DNA of 19,275 nucleotides from Escherichia coli (GTDB lineage Bacteria; Pseudomonadota; Gammaproteobacteria; Enterobacterales; Enterobacteriaceae): NCBI RefSeq assembly GCF_003334335.1, contig NZ_QOWQ01000054.1; one strand, 5' to 3'. Shown piece by piece: positions 1 to 9,763 of this stretch (position 1 is its first letter; each line of letters starts with the position of its first letter). The notes under the pieces were generated by a model. It saw only the letters and a program-made list of their open reading frames with translations, ran no database searches and was not told where the DNA came from. The position numbers and the translations under genes were made by a program.

Positions 1-258
1 GCAGCCTGATTAAGGGACATGTGCTGCTCGATCACAGCTTTCACGACCTTAATACGCAACTCTGGATCAGCACTAACACCTTTAGGTTTGGGAATTAAAC
101 CTTTTTCTCCATGTTTTTCATAGAGGGCAACCCATGTCCTGACCTGGATTCGGGGGGCACCAAAACGTGCCGAGATGATCCTGTAACCATCATCAGTAGT
201 GAAGTAGTGATTCACGACTTCAAGGCGCTTTTCAAAAGGGTATTTTGGCTTTGACATA
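1..258 (-). CDS. insJ: IS150 OrfA (InsJ-like) transposase subunit, N-terminal part; C-terminus lies outside the window
   Basis: ATG at 258..256 on the minus strand; translation as quoted for the IS150 element; helix-turn-helix type N-terminal region typical of IS3-family OrfA. Confidence 0.8.
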
Positions 259-304
259 TCAGGGGCTATTCCATTTCATCGTCCAACAAAATGGGTGCAG
301 TACA
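1..304 (-). mobile_element. IS150-like (IS3 family) insertion sequence, left end only; element continues beyond the window start
   Basis: Minus-strand translation of 1..258 reads MSKPKYPFEKRLEVVNHYFTTDDGYRIISARFGAPRIQVRTWVALYEKHGEKGLIPKPKGVSADPELRIKVVKAVIEQHMSLNQAA, which I recognise as the N-terminus of IS150 OrfA (InsJ). About 46 bp beyond its start codon, 264..304 is the reverse complement of the IS150 terminal repeat as I recall it (TGTACTGCACCCATTTTGTTGGACG...). Downstream homology to iroN begins at about 305. Confidence 0.8.
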
Positions 305-1036
305 AACCTGTATCAATCCAGTGAAGGCTATCTGCTCTACTCGAAAGGCAATGGCTGTCCAAAAGATATTACATCAGGCGGGTGCTACCTGATCGGTAAT
401 AAAGATCTCGATCCGGAAATCAGTGTCAATAAAGAAATTGGGCTGGAGTTCACCTGGGAAGATTACCACGCAAGTGTGACCTACTTCCGCAATGATTACC
501 AGAATAAGATCGTGGCCGGGGATAACGTTATCGGGCAAATCGCTTCAGGCGCATATATCCTCAAGTGGCAGAATGGCGGGAAAGCTCTGGTGGACGGTAT
601 CGAAGCCAGTATGTCTTTCCCACTGGTGAAAGATCGTCTGAACTGGAATACCAATGCCACATGGATGATCACTTCGGAGCAAAAAGACACCGGTAATCCT
701 CTGTCGGTCATCCCGAAATATACTATTAATAACTCGCTTAACTGGACCATCACCCAGGCGTTTTCTGCCAGCGTCAACTGGACGTTATATGGCAGACAAA
801 AACCGCGTACTCATGCGGAAACCCGCAGTGAAGATACTGGCGGTCTGTCAGGTAAAGAGCTGGGCGCTTATTCACTGGTGGGGACGAACTTCAATTACGA
901 TATTAATAAAAATCTGCGTCTTAATGTCGGCGTCAGTAATATCCTCAATAAACAGATCTTCCGATCTTCTGAAGGGGCGAATACCCATAACGAGCCTGGC
1001 CGGGCTTATTATGCCGGAGTTACCGCATCATTCTGA
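305..1036 (+). pseudogene. iroN: iroN (salmochelin TonB-dependent outer membrane receptor), 3' fragment of about 244 codons; 5' part removed by the IS150 insertion
   Basis: Frame of ORF 245..1036; from about 305 the translation NLYQSSEGYLLYSKGNGCPKDITSGGCYLIGNKDLDPEISVNKEIGLEF...GANTHNEPGRAYYAGVTASF is collinear with FepA/IroN C-terminal beta-barrel strands and ends with the terminal aromatic residue typical of TonB-dependent receptors. The first 60 nt of the ORF are IS150 sequence, so the annotated ATG is not a real start. Convergent with iroE, as in iroBCDE-iroN loci. Confidence 0.8.
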
Positions 1037-1080
1037 TCGTAGTGTTTCAGGCGCACTGCCCGTGTAAAAGCGGGCAGTGT

Positions 1081-2038
1081 TTAGTGGCTTAACTCATGAC
1101 AACCTGCTGTGTAATTTGCGTTTTCACCACTGATATCTAACAGCGCCTGGCGAAAGGAGGCATTAAACATTGGCCCGTGTCCCAGGTTGGGGAAATCCCA
1201 AAATACGGCATTGACGCCTTTATCTTTCAGTATAGTGAGGGGGGGGATAAATTTTCGACAGCACCCCGACAGCATGCGTTTCCCGGTTATCACCCTGTGT
1301 CGCCGTGCCTTCCATTATCGCCAGGTGTTTGGCGAAGAATTGCAGAGGCTCAACCGCCGTAACGCGGCTTAGCAAAGCATCATAACCTCTGCCCAACGAC
1401 GGGCTGGCGCTGTAGTACGACCGGAAGTAAGAGGAGGACAGCCAGGAATCCAGCACGAAGAGGCCGCCGTAGGAGTGCCCCCATAAGCCGCGGCGTTGCC
1501 GATCGATATTCAGTCCCTGTTCCACTTTTGGGGCAATACGCGTTTCCAGTAACTGGCGGAAGTTGTTGCTGCCACCACTCTTACGGCTAAAACGCCCTGA
1601 GTGGAGATCTGTTTTTCTGCTTTCTGTTGCTGGCATATAGTCGTAAGCCCTGCTGTTGAGATCGAAAGGGAGGTTGGTCTGATACCCGACAGCCACGATC
1701 ACTGGCGGTGTTTTTTCTGACAATTGTTTGAGCAGTTCGTCATCCAGGCGGTCCATAACTGCGTTACCGTCAAGCATATATAAAATCGGGTAACCCGATG
1801 CCGGTGCGGTTGTATTCGGCACGGCCGTCCATACCCGATAATGGCGTGTGCCATCGACAGAGTCGAAAGAGGTGGCGCTGAAATGGTAAAACACGGAGCC
1901 TTTATCGGCTATATTCGGCCCCAGTGGCCGCATATCCGGCTTCGCATAAACTTGCGCACTACAGATAAGGGTGAGGCAAGAAAGATGAAAGAAAATCGCT
2001 TTATGCGGGCGTGTTGAGCGATACTCGCGGGCATACAT
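1081..2038 (-). pseudogene. iroE: iroE (periplasmic salmochelin/enterobactin esterase, alpha/beta hydrolase), interrupted by a frameshift in a homopolymer tract
   Basis: ORF 1220..2038 (-) gives a hydrolase with the GHSYGG nucleophile motif; ORF 1081..1293 (-) in another frame gives the expected C-terminus (...PPLTILKDKGVNAVFWDFPNLGHG...). The two frames meet at the G8 run 1239..1246 (C8 on the coding strand); removing one base merges them into a product of about 319 aa. Could be a genuine pseudogene or a homopolymer sequencing error. Confidence 0.7.
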
Positions 2039-2122
2039 CTGATGATTATTCCTTTTCCGCAGGTGACAATTTGATTTATTCAGGAAGTCTGTACCGTTTC
2101 CTGAAAGTGTTTGTGGGTCAAC

Positions 2123-3352
2123 TCAACCCTGTAGTAAACCAATCCCGTCAATCAGTGCACCGCGCCACCATGCGTAATCGTGACCACCGGTGTAGATTGC
2201 GCAATGGCTTTCGACGCCAGCGGTAATCAGCCGCTGGTGAAGTTGCTGAACGTGAGGCACTGTCGAACCTTCCAGCGATCCCACGCACAGGCTGATACGC
2301 ACGCCCTGCGGTGGGGCAGAAAGCAGATGCTCACTCACCCATGAGGTATCGGTTTCGCTGAACAAGCCTGGTCGACTGGTTCTTTCTGGCGTCCACCACA
2401 TTGAAGGAGAGTGGCTGAGCACCAGACCGAACGTTTCCGGTGCGTAACGAGCCCCCATTAGCGCACTGATCCCGCCGAGGCTCTGCCCGGCCAGCACTGT
2501 GCGCGAACGGTCTGCCCACTGACGCTGCGGTTGTTCAGCGCGGATCATCGGCAGCAGATGTCCTGCGATATCCTTTATCAGCTTGCTGCGCCTGCCGAGT
2601 ATCTCAGTGCGTTCATGTTCATTAATGTTGTCAATGCCCAGTACAGCCACGGGCACGATGCGCCTGTTATTTATGGCGGCGTCAATTGCCGCGCATACGC
2701 CAAGGTGATCAAACCAGGTTTCACCATCGGGCAGCACGACCAGCCCGAGGGGCTGAGAAATATCAATGTCCGGAATATAGAGCCGAACCTGGCGAGATTT
2801 CCCGGCGATAATGCGCATGGAGGTAAGCAGTTGTCCGGTGTGGAAGCCGCCGTTCCATTCCGACAGGGCGGGAGCTTTATCAAGTGTCAGCACTGATTCC
2901 TTTGCGTTTCCCCGAACGTTGATCTCCGGCATTTTGTTTAGCGGATCGGCCTTTCCGGCGAGGGTGGCAAAACGGCCTCCGGACAGTGCAATCGTCTCAG
3001 CCGTAGTGCCGGGGGGGATTTCCAGCAGCGAATAGGAGCCGCAGTAACTTGCGGGTAAACGCAGTGTCAGTGTCCAGATATCCGTTTCGGGAAGGGCGCT
3101 CATCATTCCTTTTTCTACGTGCTCTTTATCCGTCACCCGGTTCAGACGCTGACAAACGCCCTGCAGAGGATGTCGGGCGCGCCACAGAAAGGTCACTTCT
3201 CGCTCATCTTCCGCTCCTTCGACTGGCGTCACAAGAGGAACATTCAGCGACTCAGCTTCGCGCCAGAAGTCAGTAAGGTTAGCAATGTGGCCCGCTGCCA
3301 GTTGGTTGCGCAGGCTGGCGATAGCAGAGGGATGTTGTTGCATGTTCAGCAT
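2123..3352 (-). CDS. iroD: iroD (Fes-like salmochelin/enterochelin esterase), apparently intact, 409 aa
   Basis: Single 409-aa ORF; C-terminal esterase domain with the GQSLGG nucleophile elbow; N-terminus MLNMQQHPSAIASLRNQ matches my recollection of E. coli IroD; positioned between iroC and iroE as in the iroBCDE operon. Confidence 0.88.
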   Translation of the reverse strand: MLNMQQHPSAIASLRNQLAAGHIANLTDFWREAESLNVPLVTPVEGAEDEREVTFLWRARHPLQGVCQRLNRVTDKEHVEKGMMSALPETDIWTLTLRLPASYCGSYSLLEIPPGTTAETIALSGGRFATLAGKADPLNKMPEINVRGNAKESVLTLDKAPALSEWNGGFHTGQLLTSMRIIAGKSRQVRLYIPDIDISQPLGLVVLPDGETWFDHLGVCAAIDAAINNRRIVPVAVLGIDNINEHERTEILGRRSKLIKDIAGHLLPMIRAEQPQRQWADRSRTVLAGQSLGGISALMGARYAPETFGLVLSHSPSMWWTPERTSRPGLFSETDTSWVSEHLLSAPPQGVRISLCVGSLEGSTVPHVQQLHQRLITAGVESHCAIYTGGHDYAWWRGALIDGIGLLQG

Positions 3353-3440
3353 TCATACTCTTTAAAAATTAAGGATGTCAGTATAAATAATTAAAGCGGC
3401 TATTCACGGTACCGCCGCTTCTGACTGTGTTTTTAATACA

Positions 3441-4760
3441 TTACGTGTCCAGTAAATATCCCGGGGTTTCCTCCTTCATGTTGTGCTGGCGATGGAGCGC
3501 AGTACTGCTGACGCTGTCATGCCATAAGCGGGTATAGAGGCCGCCTGCAGATAACAGCTGTTCGTGGGTTCCGTATTCCGCAAGTAACCCCTTATCAATA
3601 ACGGCAATCAGATCGCAGCGTTGCGCGGTGGTCAGACGATGTGCAACAATCAGCGCCGAGTGCTTCCCGGCATGCACGACATCTGTTAACGATGACATCA
3701 GTCGTTCTTCGGATGTGCGATCCAGACATGACGTGGCTTCATCGAGCAGCAGGATGTGAGCATTCGCCAGTTGCGCGCGGGCCAGCGCAATCAACTGGCG
3801 CTGACCTGCGGACAGATCGGCTCCGCCGTTATTCACCGGTGTCCGGAATCCCTGCGGCAGATTGCACACCATCTCATACAGCCCTGCCCGCTGTGAGGCA
3901 ATTTCAACGTCTTCATTGGTGGCGGATGCCGTGAATAACGAATGTTTTCTGCAATATCACTACTAAACAGTGCTACATCCTGATCGACAAGCCCAATCTG
4001 GCGACGATACTCAGTGAGCGAGGCATCATCGAGCATTTGCACACCGATTCTGATGTTGCCGTGCGTGGGGAAATACAACCCGGCAATCAGCTTAATCAGC
4101 GTCGACTTACCCGCACCGCTGCGACCGACGACCGCGACAACCATTCCCTCAGGGATCGTCAGGGTAAGTTTGTTCAGAGTTGGCTCGTGACTGGCGGGAT
4201 AACTGAACGTGACCTCATCAAGATGCAGTGCACCGGTGACGGGGAGGAGCGAAGAGGACCCGAGGTCCTCAGTGCCTTCTGTCGCCAGTAGTTCATCAAT
4301 ATGTTTGCCGCTGGCTGTCGCCTGCTGCCAGGCGTTGACAATCCTTGATAACTGCTGCCAATCCTCGATCGAATAGAGCGGAATACGCAGTTGCGCGGAA
4401 GCGCTCCGATAACGCGCGCAGCGGGACGCCCTCCAGTTCCTGCTGATTATGCGATTGCACGACGCGCAGGCCGGAGACTTTCTCCTGCAGGGTGCTTGTT
4501 GACTTTGCCCGTGCCTGTGCATAAGAAGGGGTACTGAGGCGGCGATAAATCATGGTTGCCATTGCGGCCACTGGCACTGTGCTTAATGCCGTCAGCGCCA
4601 GGAACGGGTCGAGCCAGAACATGGTGGCGGCGATTGCGAACATTGTCACCAGACTGGTGGCCGCACCGGTAAGGCCGTTTTGCAGAAAGCGGGCGAGAGA
4701 GTCTACATCCCCATTTACCGTCTTATATCACTGGTGCCGGCAGACAGGAGTTTCATGAAA
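3441..4760 (-). pseudogene. iroC: iroC (ABC exporter) remnant: only the C-terminal transmembrane/ATPase part, with at least two frameshifts; N-terminal part and iroB absent
   Basis: Three overlapping minus-strand ORFs (4296..4649, 3833..4522, 3441..3872) in different frames together give ABC-exporter features: a membrane helix region (FAIAATMFWLDPFLALTAL), Walker A GRSGAGKST, signature LSAGQRQ, Walker B ILLLDEATS. One shift maps to about 3935..3945 (...IAENIRY in one frame, ...ATNEDVEIASQRAGLYEM in the next). Homology stops near 4730..4760, far short of a full-length iroC of roughly 1200 codons (size from memory). Confidence 0.8.
4715..4734. repeat. 20-bp sequence TTACCGTCTTATATCACTGG; exact inverted copy at 18915..18934
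   Basis: Direct comparison: 4715..4734 equals the reverse complement of 18915..18934 (20/20). Lies at the 5' truncation point of the iroC remnant. Confidence 0.9.
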
Positions 4761-5175
4761 CAATAACCCGAAATCACCAGTGTCGTTCAATGTGGCAACT
4801 GTTGGAAAAGGTTCGTCACTTTATGGTTACCGTCAGCCTATTCCCCGGTGGAATGCATGGGCTAGCTAAAGTGTAGCAGTATTAGGATCTGTTATTTAGA
4901 TTCGCAGGTGGGGGAGTTGGTAACGGATAATTCTACCGTAGTTAAACACAATCCGATAAATAAATAGCCCTATTGAGTTGTGGGTGGATGTAGTGATAAT
5001 TGATGGATAAAAATATTATTTTTTTTGATACTGATACCTTAATGGTTAATGAACTAAATGGAATAATCTTAGTGTGTTGCTTTTTTATCTGACGTTAATT
5101 CCGCACTTGCTTATTATACACAGAAAACATGGCGATAGTTTGCTAGGGTTATTTTGAGGAAAGTAAAGTATAATT
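4761..5175 (+). promoter_or_regulatory. AT-rich non-coding region upstream of the fimbrial operon; probable promoter/regulatory region
   Basis: No ORF of 60 aa or more; strongly AT-rich with T-runs; immediately upstream of the chaperone gene. No specific -35/-10 or activator site could be assigned with confidence. Confidence 0.4.
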
Positions 5176-5943
5176 ATGAAATGTATGAAATGGATGTGGA
5201 TTGTGTCATCAAAAATACTTTTATCCCTTAGTTTTTTTTCATTTGCAAATGAACAAGTGTTTGGAAATGTTGAAAACAATTCAAAGGTATTTTCTTTGCG
5301 TTTAGATACAACCCGTGTTGTCTATAACCAAGGTTCGTCTGGAGAAACATTGGCCGTCATTAATGAGCATGATTATCCGATATTAGTTCAGGCAGAGGTG
5401 CTGCTTGAAGACCAAAGAACTCCAGCGCCTTTTGTAATAACGCCACCACTGTTTCGGCTTGATGCTCTACAATCTAGTCGTCTTCGTATTATTCAAACTG
5501 GAGGTGATTTCCCGACAGATCGTGAAACTCTACAGTGGGTTTGTATAAAGGGGATTCCGCCGAAAGTTGATGATAAGTGGGCTGAGGAAAATAGTAAGAA
5601 TAAAGATGGTACAGATAAAGTAGCTCTGGACATACAAGTTTCTGTTAAAAGTTGCATTAAATTATTTGTCCGTCCGAAAATGGTGAAAGGTCATCCAGAT
5701 GACGTTGCCGAAAATGTAAAATGGCAGAAGGTTGGTAATAGGTTGAAAGGAGTAAACCCAACACCATTCTATATAAATCTCGCGGAATTGAAAGTGGGCG
5801 AAAAAGAAATACTGGAGCGTCATTATATAGCGCCATTTGGCTCTTATGAATATCCTATCGATATGAATTGGAAGGGGGGGGTTACATGGAGAATAGTGAC
5901 TGATTATGGTGGGATCAGTAACCAATTTGAAGCAAAGCTTTAA
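5176..5943 (+). CDS. periplasmic pilus chaperone (PapD-like), Afa/Dr-AAF type
   Basis: 255-aa ORF with N-terminal signal peptide (...LLSLSFFSFA/NEQ); chaperone motifs TTRVVY..., YPILVQAEV, PPLFRLDA, LRIIQTGGDFPTDRETLQWVCIKGIPP, NPTPFYINLA resemble the AfaB/AggD chaperone family as I recall it. First gene of a chaperone-usher-subunit-subunit operon. Confidence 0.85.
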   Translation: MKCMKWMWIVSSKILLSLSFFSFANEQVFGNVENNSKVFSLRLDTTRVVYNQGSSGETLAVINEHDYPILVQAEVLLEDQRTPAPFVITPPLFRLDALQSSRLRIIQTGGDFPTDRETLQWVCIKGIPPKVDDKWAEENSKNKDGTDKVALDIQVSVKSCIKLFVRPKMVKGHPDDVAENVKWQKVGNRLKGVNPTPFYINLAELKVGEKEILERHYIAPFGSYEYPIDMNWKGGVTWRIVTDYGGISNQFEAKL

Positions 5944-5973
5944 GCTTGATGAATTTTTTTTGTGAATAAAATT

Positions 5974-8568
5974 ATGAAAGAATACATCTGTAATGCCTCT
6001 CTATGCAGTACATCTTTGTGTACTCAAAAAAATAAGCTCTCATATACAACATTATTTATAATAATTATATCTTCATTTTTTTATGTGGGGGATGTGGCAG
6101 CACGTTCGTATTCGTTTGACGCATCATTATTAAACGGAGGTGGTAAAGGGGTAGATTTGAGGTTACTTGAAAATGGAGGACAACTACCTGGTATCTATCC
6201 AGTTGATATTATTTTGAATGGTGCCCATGTTGAATCAAGAGATATGTTTTTTCATACAGGGAGAGATATACATGGAAAAGATTATCTAAAGGCCTGTTTG
6301 ACCAAAGAAATGTTAATACGTTATGGAGTAAAAGTTGAAGAATATCCCGGTCTTTTTCGAATTAATAGTGAAAAGGAACGAGGTAGAGATATTTGTGCTG
6401 ACTTATCAGTAATACCTCAAGCTACAGAATATTATCGATTCCTATCACAGCAATTAATAATTGGAATTCCGCAGGTGGCAATTCGTCCATCATTGACAGG
6501 AATTGCACCTGAAGTAATGTGGGATGATGGTATCGATGCATTTGTAATGAATTGGCAGGCGGAAGCGAGTCGTTTTGACTATAGAGGCTACGGCAGGAAT
6601 TCTTCAGATAATTTTTGGTCCAGTTTTGAACCGGGGATTAATATAGGCGCTTGGCGCCTTAGAAATCTAACTACTTGGAATAAATCATCTGGACAATCGG
6701 GTAAATGGGATAGTTCATATATACGGGCTGAACGTGGATTGAACAGCATTAGAAGTCGTTTGACTTTAGGTGAAGGCTATTCTCCTGCGGATATTTTTGA
6801 CAGTGTTCCTTTCCGGGGAGGAATGTTAGGAACTGATGAATATATGATTCCATATAATCAGCGGGAGTTTGCGCCAGTGGTAAGAGGAATAGCTCGAACT
6901 CAAGCCCGAATTGAAGTACGTCAAAATGGGTATCTGATACATAGTCAGATAGTTGCACCGGGGGCTTTTGCTTTGAACGACCTTCCGGTGACAGGCTCCA
7001 GTGATGATTTACAAGTGGCAATTCTGGAATCAGATGGCACTATACAGTCCTTTAAAATACCCTTCACTTTGCCGGCTATTGCTCTACGTGAAGGATATCT
7101 AAAGTATAATGTAACCGTAGGGCAATATCGGCCATCGGATAGTGGGGGGGAAAAAGCATACTTGGCGCAATCGACTGTTATGTATGGTTTACCATGGGGG
7201 GTGACGGCATTTGCTGGAGTTCAGGGGGCCGAACATTATCGGGCTGGTGCACTGGGGTTAGGATTGTCGCTGGGGAATTTCGGTGCTATGTCACTAGATA
7301 CCATTTATTCTCGAGGGCAACAAAAGGGATATGATTATGAAACAGGACAAACTTGGCGTATTCGTTACGACAAGTCCTTTGGACTGACAGGAACCAGTTT
7401 TGCGGCTGCGAGTTATCAATATTCAGGTGAAAATTATCACACATTAGCGGATGTTTTGAATACTTATAATAATGTCACTAGCCTCATAGACAGGAATTTT
7501 GATAACAAAACTCGTCGGATTACTATGAATATAAACCAGCCTCTTGCCCGTTGGGGGTATGTGGGGTTGAATGGAGGACGTGATGTATATCGTAGTAAAC
7601 CAAATCAAGATTATATTGGAGCGTCTTATAGTACTTCATGGAAAAATATTTCCCTTTCATTAAATTGGTCACGGAATCTTAATCTTGGGAACTGCAACGG
7701 TAGACGTTTCTGTACAGAGGATAATTTCAACATGTGGATAAGTGTTCCTCTGCAGCGCTGGTGGGGGGGATATGATAATGATATCTATGCCACGGCACAG
7801 ATGCAGCGTTCAACCAGACAAAACTCCAGTTATGAAGTAGGCTTGAGTGGACGCGCTTTTGAAAGAAAATTGAACTGGGATGTTAGTGAGCAGATAGTAC
7901 CAGGTAGCAAATATGATGCAGATACAGGTCGGTTAAAGTTACGTTGGTCTGGAACCTATGGCGAATTGGCGGGAATGTATAGTTATAATACTAACACCCG
8001 TCAGATGAACCTAGGGATGTCTGGAAGTATGGTTATGCATAGCGAAGGTCTAACTTTCGGTCAGAGAACTGGAGACACGATAGGCTTGATTGTTGCTCCG
8101 GATGTAGCAGGGGCTTCAGTCAGCGGCTGGCCTGGTGTAAGTACAGGCTCCCGTGGATATGGGGTGGTAGGTTATGTATCACCATACCAGGAAAATGTCC
8201 TCACACTGGATCCGACGACTTTCCCTGAAAATGTAGAAGTCCCACAGACAGATAGTCGTGTTGTTCCGACGAAAGGAGCAGTTGTCCGGGCTGAATTTAA
8301 GACCCGAGTGGGAAAACGTGCTGTGCTGAATCTGATCCGTAAAGATGGAACGCGTTTACCATTCGGTACAGTGATAACCTTGGAAGGAAAAGTATCCGGT
8401 TCTGTAGGGGTGGTAGATGACAAGGGGGCTGTGTATCTGAGTGGCCTGTCTGAAACAGGAAAACTAAAGGCACAGTGGGGAAGGAATAGTCAATGCTATG
8501 CAGACTACATTCTTCCAAAAGAAAAGGGGCCAGCCGGAGTTTTTTTAACAAATGCGGTATGCATATGA
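5974..8568 (+). CDS. outer membrane fimbrial usher (FimD/PapC family)
   Basis: ORF 5962..8568 (868 aa from a GTG; first ATG at 5974). Long signal sequence followed by a usher N-terminal domain (SYSFDASLLNGG...LPGIYPVDIILNG), central beta-barrel and C-terminal domains. Start codon choice (5962 GTG vs 5974 ATG) is uncertain. Confidence 0.85.
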   Translation: MKEYICNASLCSTSLCTQKNKLSYTTLFIIIISSFFYVGDVAARSYSFDASLLNGGGKGVDLRLLENGGQLPGIYPVDIILNGAHVESRDMFFHTGRDIHGKDYLKACLTKEMLIRYGVKVEEYPGLFRINSEKERGRDICADLSVIPQATEYYRFLSQQLIIGIPQVAIRPSLTGIAPEVMWDDGIDAFVMNWQAEASRFDYRGYGRNSSDNFWSSFEPGINIGAWRLRNLTTWNKSSGQSGKWDSSYIRAERGLNSIRSRLTLGEGYSPADIFDSVPFRGGMLGTDEYMIPYNQREFAPVVRGIARTQARIEVRQNGYLIHSQIVAPGAFALNDLPVTGSSDDLQVAILESDGTIQSFKIPFTLPAIALREGYLKYNVTVGQYRPSDSGGEKAYLAQSTVMYGLPWGVTAFAGVQGAEHYRAGALGLGLSLGNFGAMSLDTIYSRGQQKGYDYETGQTWRIRYDKSFGLTGTSFAAASYQYSGENYHTLADVLNTYNNVTSLIDRNFDNKTRRITMNINQPLARWGYVGLNGGRDVYRSKPNQDYIGASYSTSWKNISLSLNWSRNLNLGNCNGRRFCTEDNFNMWISVPLQRWWGGYDNDIYATAQMQRSTRQNSSYEVGLSGRAFERKLNWDVSEQIVPGSKYDADTGRLKLRWSGTYGELAGMYSYNTNTRQMNLGMSGSMVMHSEGLTFGQRTGDTIGLIVAPDVAGASVSGWPGVSTGSRGYGVVGYVSPYQENVLTLDPTTFPENVEVPQTDSRVVPTKGAVVRAEFKTRVGKRAVLNLIRKDGTRLPFGTVITLEGKVSGSVGVVDDKGAVYLSGLSETGKLKAQWGRNSQCYADYILPKEKGPAGVFLTNAVCI

Positions 8569-8583
8569 CTGGAGTAAGAAATA

Positions 8584-9018
8584 ATGAGATACCGTATAAT
8601 GTCTTTATCCTGTGTAGTGTTTCTGATGATAGGAGGACTGTCTCAGGCTGCAGAGATTACGTTAGTAAGCCACAGGAGTACGGGAAGTCAGTTACGTGAT
8701 GGCATGATACTGGCGACAGGACGAATTATCTGTCGGGAAATACATACAGGGTTTCAGATATGGATGAATGATCGTCAAGAGGGAGGACATCCGAGGCATT
8801 ATGTTATACAAAATAGTAAAGGAAACCAAGGCGAGTTACGGGTCAGGATAGGCGGTAATAGCTGGTTTTCTTCTTTGGATGAAGAATGGCAGGGGTGGAT
8901 CAGGCTAGGAAAGGAAAAGCAAGTTAATTTTGATGTGATAGTCGATGGAGAACAGTATATTCCTCCAGGTAAATATATATTCTCAGTAAGTGGTAAATGT
9001 ATGGCATCAGAGATATAA
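8584..9018 (+). CDS. AfaD/AggB-family minor fimbrial subunit (invasin-like)
   Basis: 144-aa secreted protein (signal peptide ...GGLSQA/AEI); motifs TGSQLRDG, ATGRIICREIHTGFQIWMNDRQ, ELRVRIGG, FDVIVDGEQYIPPGKYIFSVSGKC match my recollection of AfaD/AggB. Third gene of the operon, as in aggDCBA-type clusters. Confidence 0.75.
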   Translation: MRYRIMSLSCVVFLMIGGLSQAAEITLVSHRSTGSQLRDGMILATGRIICREIHTGFQIWMNDRQEGGHPRHYVIQNSKGNQGELRVRIGGNSWFSSLDEEWQGWIRLGKEKQVNFDVIVDGEQYIPPGKYIFSVSGKCMASEI

Positions 9019-9128
9019 GAGTATGTGTCTACTGATACTATTTTGATTTTTATAATATTTCATATTAATTGTATGGAAAATATTATTTCTATTTAAGTAG
9101 TAGTTAATGTTATTTAAGAGAGGTTTAT

Positions 9129-9644
9129 ATGAAAAAGAGTATCTATTTCATTATATGTCCAGTTCTTTCTCTATATTGTGGAATGACGATGGCTAAAACA
9201 TCACCACCGTCAACTACTATTTCTAGTGATAGCACTGCATTTGCGCAAGGTACGATCGTAATAACTAACAATTGTAAGGTTAGTATCACCACCCCTACAA
9301 AAATTGAACGTCCTGCTACAGAGGCCACAAAAACTCATTACGTGACTTTTAATATTACTCAAACTCCGTCTTGTGCAAATATAGGCTCCAGAATTGCTTA
9401 TTGGTCTGAAGGAAGTCAGTCAGCTTTTCGTATGGTCAATACAAGTAATCCTTCTTCATTTTACACTTTTAAAACCGTTAGCGAATCTCCTGTAACAGAT
9501 ACAAGATATGGGGGGGGTAAACAATATGGGCTAGCTCGTGCAGGGGTTCGGAGCCTAAATGTAAGTATCCAAATTCCCCAAACAAATAATTATATTCCTG
9601 GTCAATATACAATTGGTCTTAACGCAGGCTTGGTCATAAACTAA
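9129..9644 (+). CDS. putative major fimbrial subunit (pilin/adhesin) of the AAF/Afa-Dr-type operon; sequence not matched to a named variant
   Basis: 171-aa ORF with a good Shine-Dalgarno (AGAGG) and signal peptide; Ser/Thr-rich secreted protein with two Cys; position as the last gene after chaperone, usher and AfaD-like gene. Functional call is by size, export signal and operon position only. Confidence 0.55.
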   Translation: MKKSIYFIICPVLSLYCGMTMAKTSPPSTTISSDSTAFAQGTIVITNNCKVSITTPTKIERPATEATKTHYVTFNITQTPSCANIGSRIAYWSEGSQSAFRMVNTSNPSSFYTFKTVSESPVTDTRYGGGKQYGLARAGVRSLNVSIQIPQTNNYIPGQYTIGLNAGLVIN

Positions 9645-9763
9645 ATAATAATCAGAGTGTAAGCAGCAAATGTAGGGATGTATTAGTTATAAAGGAATAT
9701 ATCTAGTATAGAATATATAATTCTTTCTACAAATATTGCTGCTAAATCCTCGTTGTCTATTCA

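Noticed and set aside
245-304. ATG at 245 as the true start of the 263-aa ORF 245..1036
   Set aside because: The first 60 nt of this ORF are the IS150 terminal repeat region; receptor homology begins only at about 305, so the ORF is a truncated iroN fragment fused in frame to IS sequence, not a gene with its own start.
496-1067. ORFs 496..777 (-) and 789..1067 (+) overlapping the iroN fragment
   Set aside because: Alternative-frame or antisense ORFs inside a recognisable receptor coding region; no motifs, no ribosome-binding sites.
2011-3394. Short ORFs on both strands overlapping iroD and iroE (2011..2226 +, 2331..2519 -, 2531..2896 +, 2671..2883 -, 2811..3035 +, 3049..3276 +, 3119..3394 +)
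   Set aside because: All lie within or antisense to the well-supported iroD/iroE frames in a GC-rich region where spurious ORFs are frequent.
4552-4758. ORF 4552..4758 (+), 68 aa
   Set aside because: Antisense to the iroC remnant; no recognisable features.
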